Source of the DNA: Oopsacas minuta | Lineage: Eukaryota > Animalia > Porifera | Assembly (NCBI GenBank): GCA_024704765.1 | Contig: JAKMXF010000222.1 | Span: 248,001 to 312,000 of the forward strand | Direction of reading: 5' to 3' | DNA: 64,000 bases | Shown: one piece after another, positions 60,801 to 64,000 of the stretch | How the letters are laid out: each line of letters starts with the position of its first letter | Numbering within the stretch: the first letter of the stretch is position 1 | Position numbers and translations under genes: made by a program | The notes under the pieces: generated by a model | The model's database searches: none | What the model was told of the DNA's origin: nothing | Seen by the model: the letters and a program-made list of their open reading frames with translations, nothing else

Positions 60801-63516
60801 AGATTTCACTAGATTATAATTGAAATTATATGCTGGAATTATTAGGACTATCGCTTATAAAATGATTTTAGATAACTCACGCAACCTATTAGATGGTAGT
60901 ATCAGTCTTCTGGGTGCCTTAGACAGTGGAGAAAGGAGGAGACTAATCAGAGCAGCATATTCCTCAATAGATAGACTAGGATTAGTCGCTGGTGTAAGAT
61001 CAATGCGAGGCCTACTAGTTTGTTTCAAAGGGTTTACAGAAGCTATGGTATTGCTATTAGAATTAATAGAGGGTAGGAAACAAGATACAACTGATGTAAC
61101 ATTGAAGGAGAAGTTGAGTAATTCTGTTGATGAACTGAAGCAGAAAATACCACCATTCAGTCAGGCAATGCAAATGTATGTTAGAAATCCTTCGCAGGAA
61201 AGTGCAATACAATCCAGGGACTATTCTGTTGAACAGGTAAGTCCTATCCAGTTCCAAATATGGGTATTTTTGTTAATGCGAATTTCTGGATAAGACGAAA
61301 AAATGTTCGTACAAAATCTGGTTCCTGTAATGGTTATTTGATTTGGCATCACTCCGGATAGGGCGAACAATTTTTGACCGTCCGTTGGTGTTTGTATTTA
61401 TTAACGAGGTTCCACTGTGTACTTGCCAAGCTCCTTCGTTTCTGCAAGATTTCTGAATCCACATTGTTGTATGTACGTAATTACGATAACTAATGTGTTT
61501 TGTAGGTAAAACGTTGTCTTGAGAACTTGATAGAAGTTATAGATCCAAATGCTCTGAAGAGTTTTGAAGACAGCTCAGTGATAGCATCAGATATCAATTA
61601 TCCATTCCCAGGGCTAGGTAAAGCGCCTATACTTATGAGCTCTGTAGAAACTGTGAAGAGGAATCTACAAGAAGTTGCAGGTAATTTTAAGTGCTGTGGT
61701 ATTTTAAGATTCGTTCGATCGGATTGTGGATATTTTGTTGCAGCTGAAAATTTTAAAATTCTCTTTTCCATATACACATACGTATATCCCTGCAATTTTC
61801 TCCAATACAGAGCGTAGTGTTCTACTTCTTTATCTCGAAGTTAGTTAGAATCTTTAACTGTCATATCCAGTGTAAAAGATTTGGTTGGCTTCAGTATTTG
61901 AAACATATTTTATTTTGTCCAATATTACTATAATTTAAGTCAGAGTAGAACAGATGTTACATTGTTTGAATTTATGATAATCTGTCTATTTAAGATATAT
62001 GATGAATATCAAAAAATTTATCTACTAAATAGCTCTAAATTTGTCCAATAAAGACCTTCAATTCTTCATTAATGAAAATCTAAGTTTTCTAGTCTAAATT
62101 TACTTAATCACCGATATTTAATTATTCAATAGCTGCTAATTTATTGATATTTATTCAACTATGAGGAATAAATGTATGTACGTATATGTCGTGAATGAAT
62201 TGGAATTGGAACTCGGACTTTCTAGCAAAATTAAAAGTCACATTACTAGCAATCCGAATTGAATATTCAATAATTAAAATACAACTTTTGTATTAGGTGA
62301 CAGTACAATGTAACCGCCGAAAACCGGGCCTGTGGATTGTGGAAAAGGGGAACACCTGGAAATGGATTGAAAAATATACAAAGCGAATTCCGATTGTTTT
62401 CCCGAACTAATGAATCTCCACTAACGGGATAGTTGGGTAGCATTTTGGCATCCTGGCATCCCGTTTTTGGAGGTTACACTGAAATAATGAATTTGATTTC
62501 GATGGTAATTATATCACATAATTTCTCCATTGCAATTATATCGCGAATATAGTAAAGTTATGTAAAATCATATATTTTTGCTCTAAACAACAAATTCTAA
62601 TTTTCTAGCATCAGGTGGACGTGAAGGCCTAGATGAAACCCAGTTGAATCGTGAAGTAGAGTCTGTAGCAAGAGATAGTACATCTGTAGCAATGGGTGTA
62701 AGAGATAGGAGAAGAGATGATATATTATTAGCTTGTGATAGATTGAGAGCTGAACAGTCTGTGTTCTCTTCTGCACTGAGAAATCTTAAGGCTAATCCCA
62801 ATGATGATACTCTCCAGCATAGAATGGAAGGTAGTTCTATATAACCGATAAAATATATGTTACGTCTTTGGGACCATATTTGTACAATTTCGGACTTAGA
62901 TGTAAGCTGGTATTTCAATATGTGTGTTCGATATAACAGGAGTTGACTGTATTTTTGAACATTTATTTTCAATATAGGAAGTGCAGAAATGCTCTGTAAA
63001 TACATAGACGAGCTAGACAACACGGTGAGACGTGTAATACTCGAAGAAACTGTGAAAACATTCACAGATACAGACACATCACTTAGTGAATTGATTGATG
63101 CTACAAACTTAGATGATGAAGGGACACTCAGTGAGAGAGTTGGATCATTTCGCGAACACACAAACAAACTAACTAGAGTTAGTAATTATGCAGCGTCAAA
63201 AAGCGGTGAAGAAAGAGGCGTGGCTCGAATTAGATATTTATCTGAGGAAATTGATCGCTTATCACCAAGGGTGATAACTGCCGCAGAAACAGCATTCCAT
63301 ACACGCGATACTACGAATAAAGAGCATCTAAGTATGCTAAGCCGTGAATGGTTAGATCGAGTGAAGAATTTAACTCTAGCAGTTGATGACGTAGTAGATA
63401 TGAAAGAATTTATCGTAATCTGTGAAGATAATATATATTTCTACGTAACACAGTGTAGAGACGCGTTCAAGCAAGAAGAAGCTGGCTTATTGAGTACATC
63501 TGTAATTGCTGTTAAA
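57807..63516 (+). CDS. Vinculin/alpha-catenin (VIN) family protein; continues beyond the window
   Basis: MPV..LEILLSPLAAYVAQLVML..PDL; ILDNSRNLLDGSISLLGALDSGERRRLIR; FREHTNKL..GV..LSPRVITAA..WLDRVKNLTLAVDD. Exons ~57807-58031, ~59562-59764, ~60842-61236, ~61506-61615, ~62580-62830, ~62978-63516 (internal boundaries approximate). Confidence 0.88.
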
Positions 63517-64000
63517 GTGAGTTAATTTCATAGATTTGTTACAGTAGAAGTCGAATAAGACGTAAGCACGTACTAACCTATGTCTTAATCCGAGTAGGTC
63601 TAATACGAGTTCTGCTGTAATAATAATGAAACGATTGAAATAATAAAAGTAATATCATGAATTTCTGCATAACTACGTATTTTTATCCCCTCCCTATCCA
63701 AAGCCACTCATAATTATTTAAAAAATACGTATCTTGATATCAGTTGACTTAAAATAATGGGGAATAATTCCTTGTAATCTCTGGTATTTCTGACGAATAT
63801 ACGTCTACCATTTATGTAAGATAAAGTTTATTTCAAAAGTCATAGCGTATTGCCTACCCAGTTTTTAATACTCCTATTCAAGCTTGATATGGACATATAC
63901 ATCATCCAAATGATTATCAAATTTATAATCAAATTCGTACATAATTATTACCCTAATGCGTAACCATGTGGGATTAGTTACAGTATATAATTAATATCGC

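Overview
AT-rich eukaryotic (animal) genomic DNA with short GT-AG introns and tightly packed genes. The gene set (Gs-alpha, vinculin/alpha-catenin family, TRP channel), the compactness and the mix of intronless and intron-rich genes suggest an early-branching animal, most plausibly a sponge; this is an inference. Gene order: partial multi-Myb/SANT gene (+), NADAR-domain gene (-), ALKBH4 (-), ABCA transporter (-), ACSBG-1 (+), ankyrin-TRP channel (+), (ATT)n plus assembly gap, ACSBG-2 (-), ACSBG-3 (-), ACSBG-4 (+), Gs-alpha (+) with CDC7 nested antisense in its third intron, WDR5 (+) with an intronless 272-aa gene nested on the same strand in one intron, ATE1 (+), GH35 beta-galactosidase (-), CHFR (+), partial vinculin/alpha-catenin-family gene (+). 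Introns and spacers carry many non-autonomous DNA transposons (TA/CAGT Tc1-mariner-pogo-like and 8-bp-TSD hAT-like MITEs); no transposase, tRNA, rRNA or CRISPR array was recognised. The most striking signal is the four-copy ACSBG cluster. Two blocks, introns included, are about 99% identical between copies with conflicting genealogies, while the substrate-binding middle and its introns are highly diverged. This looks like patchwork gene conversion around a diversifying acyl pocket, beside a head-to-head ABCA lipid exporter and an embedded TRP channel. Exon boundaries were read by eye and may be off by a few bases.
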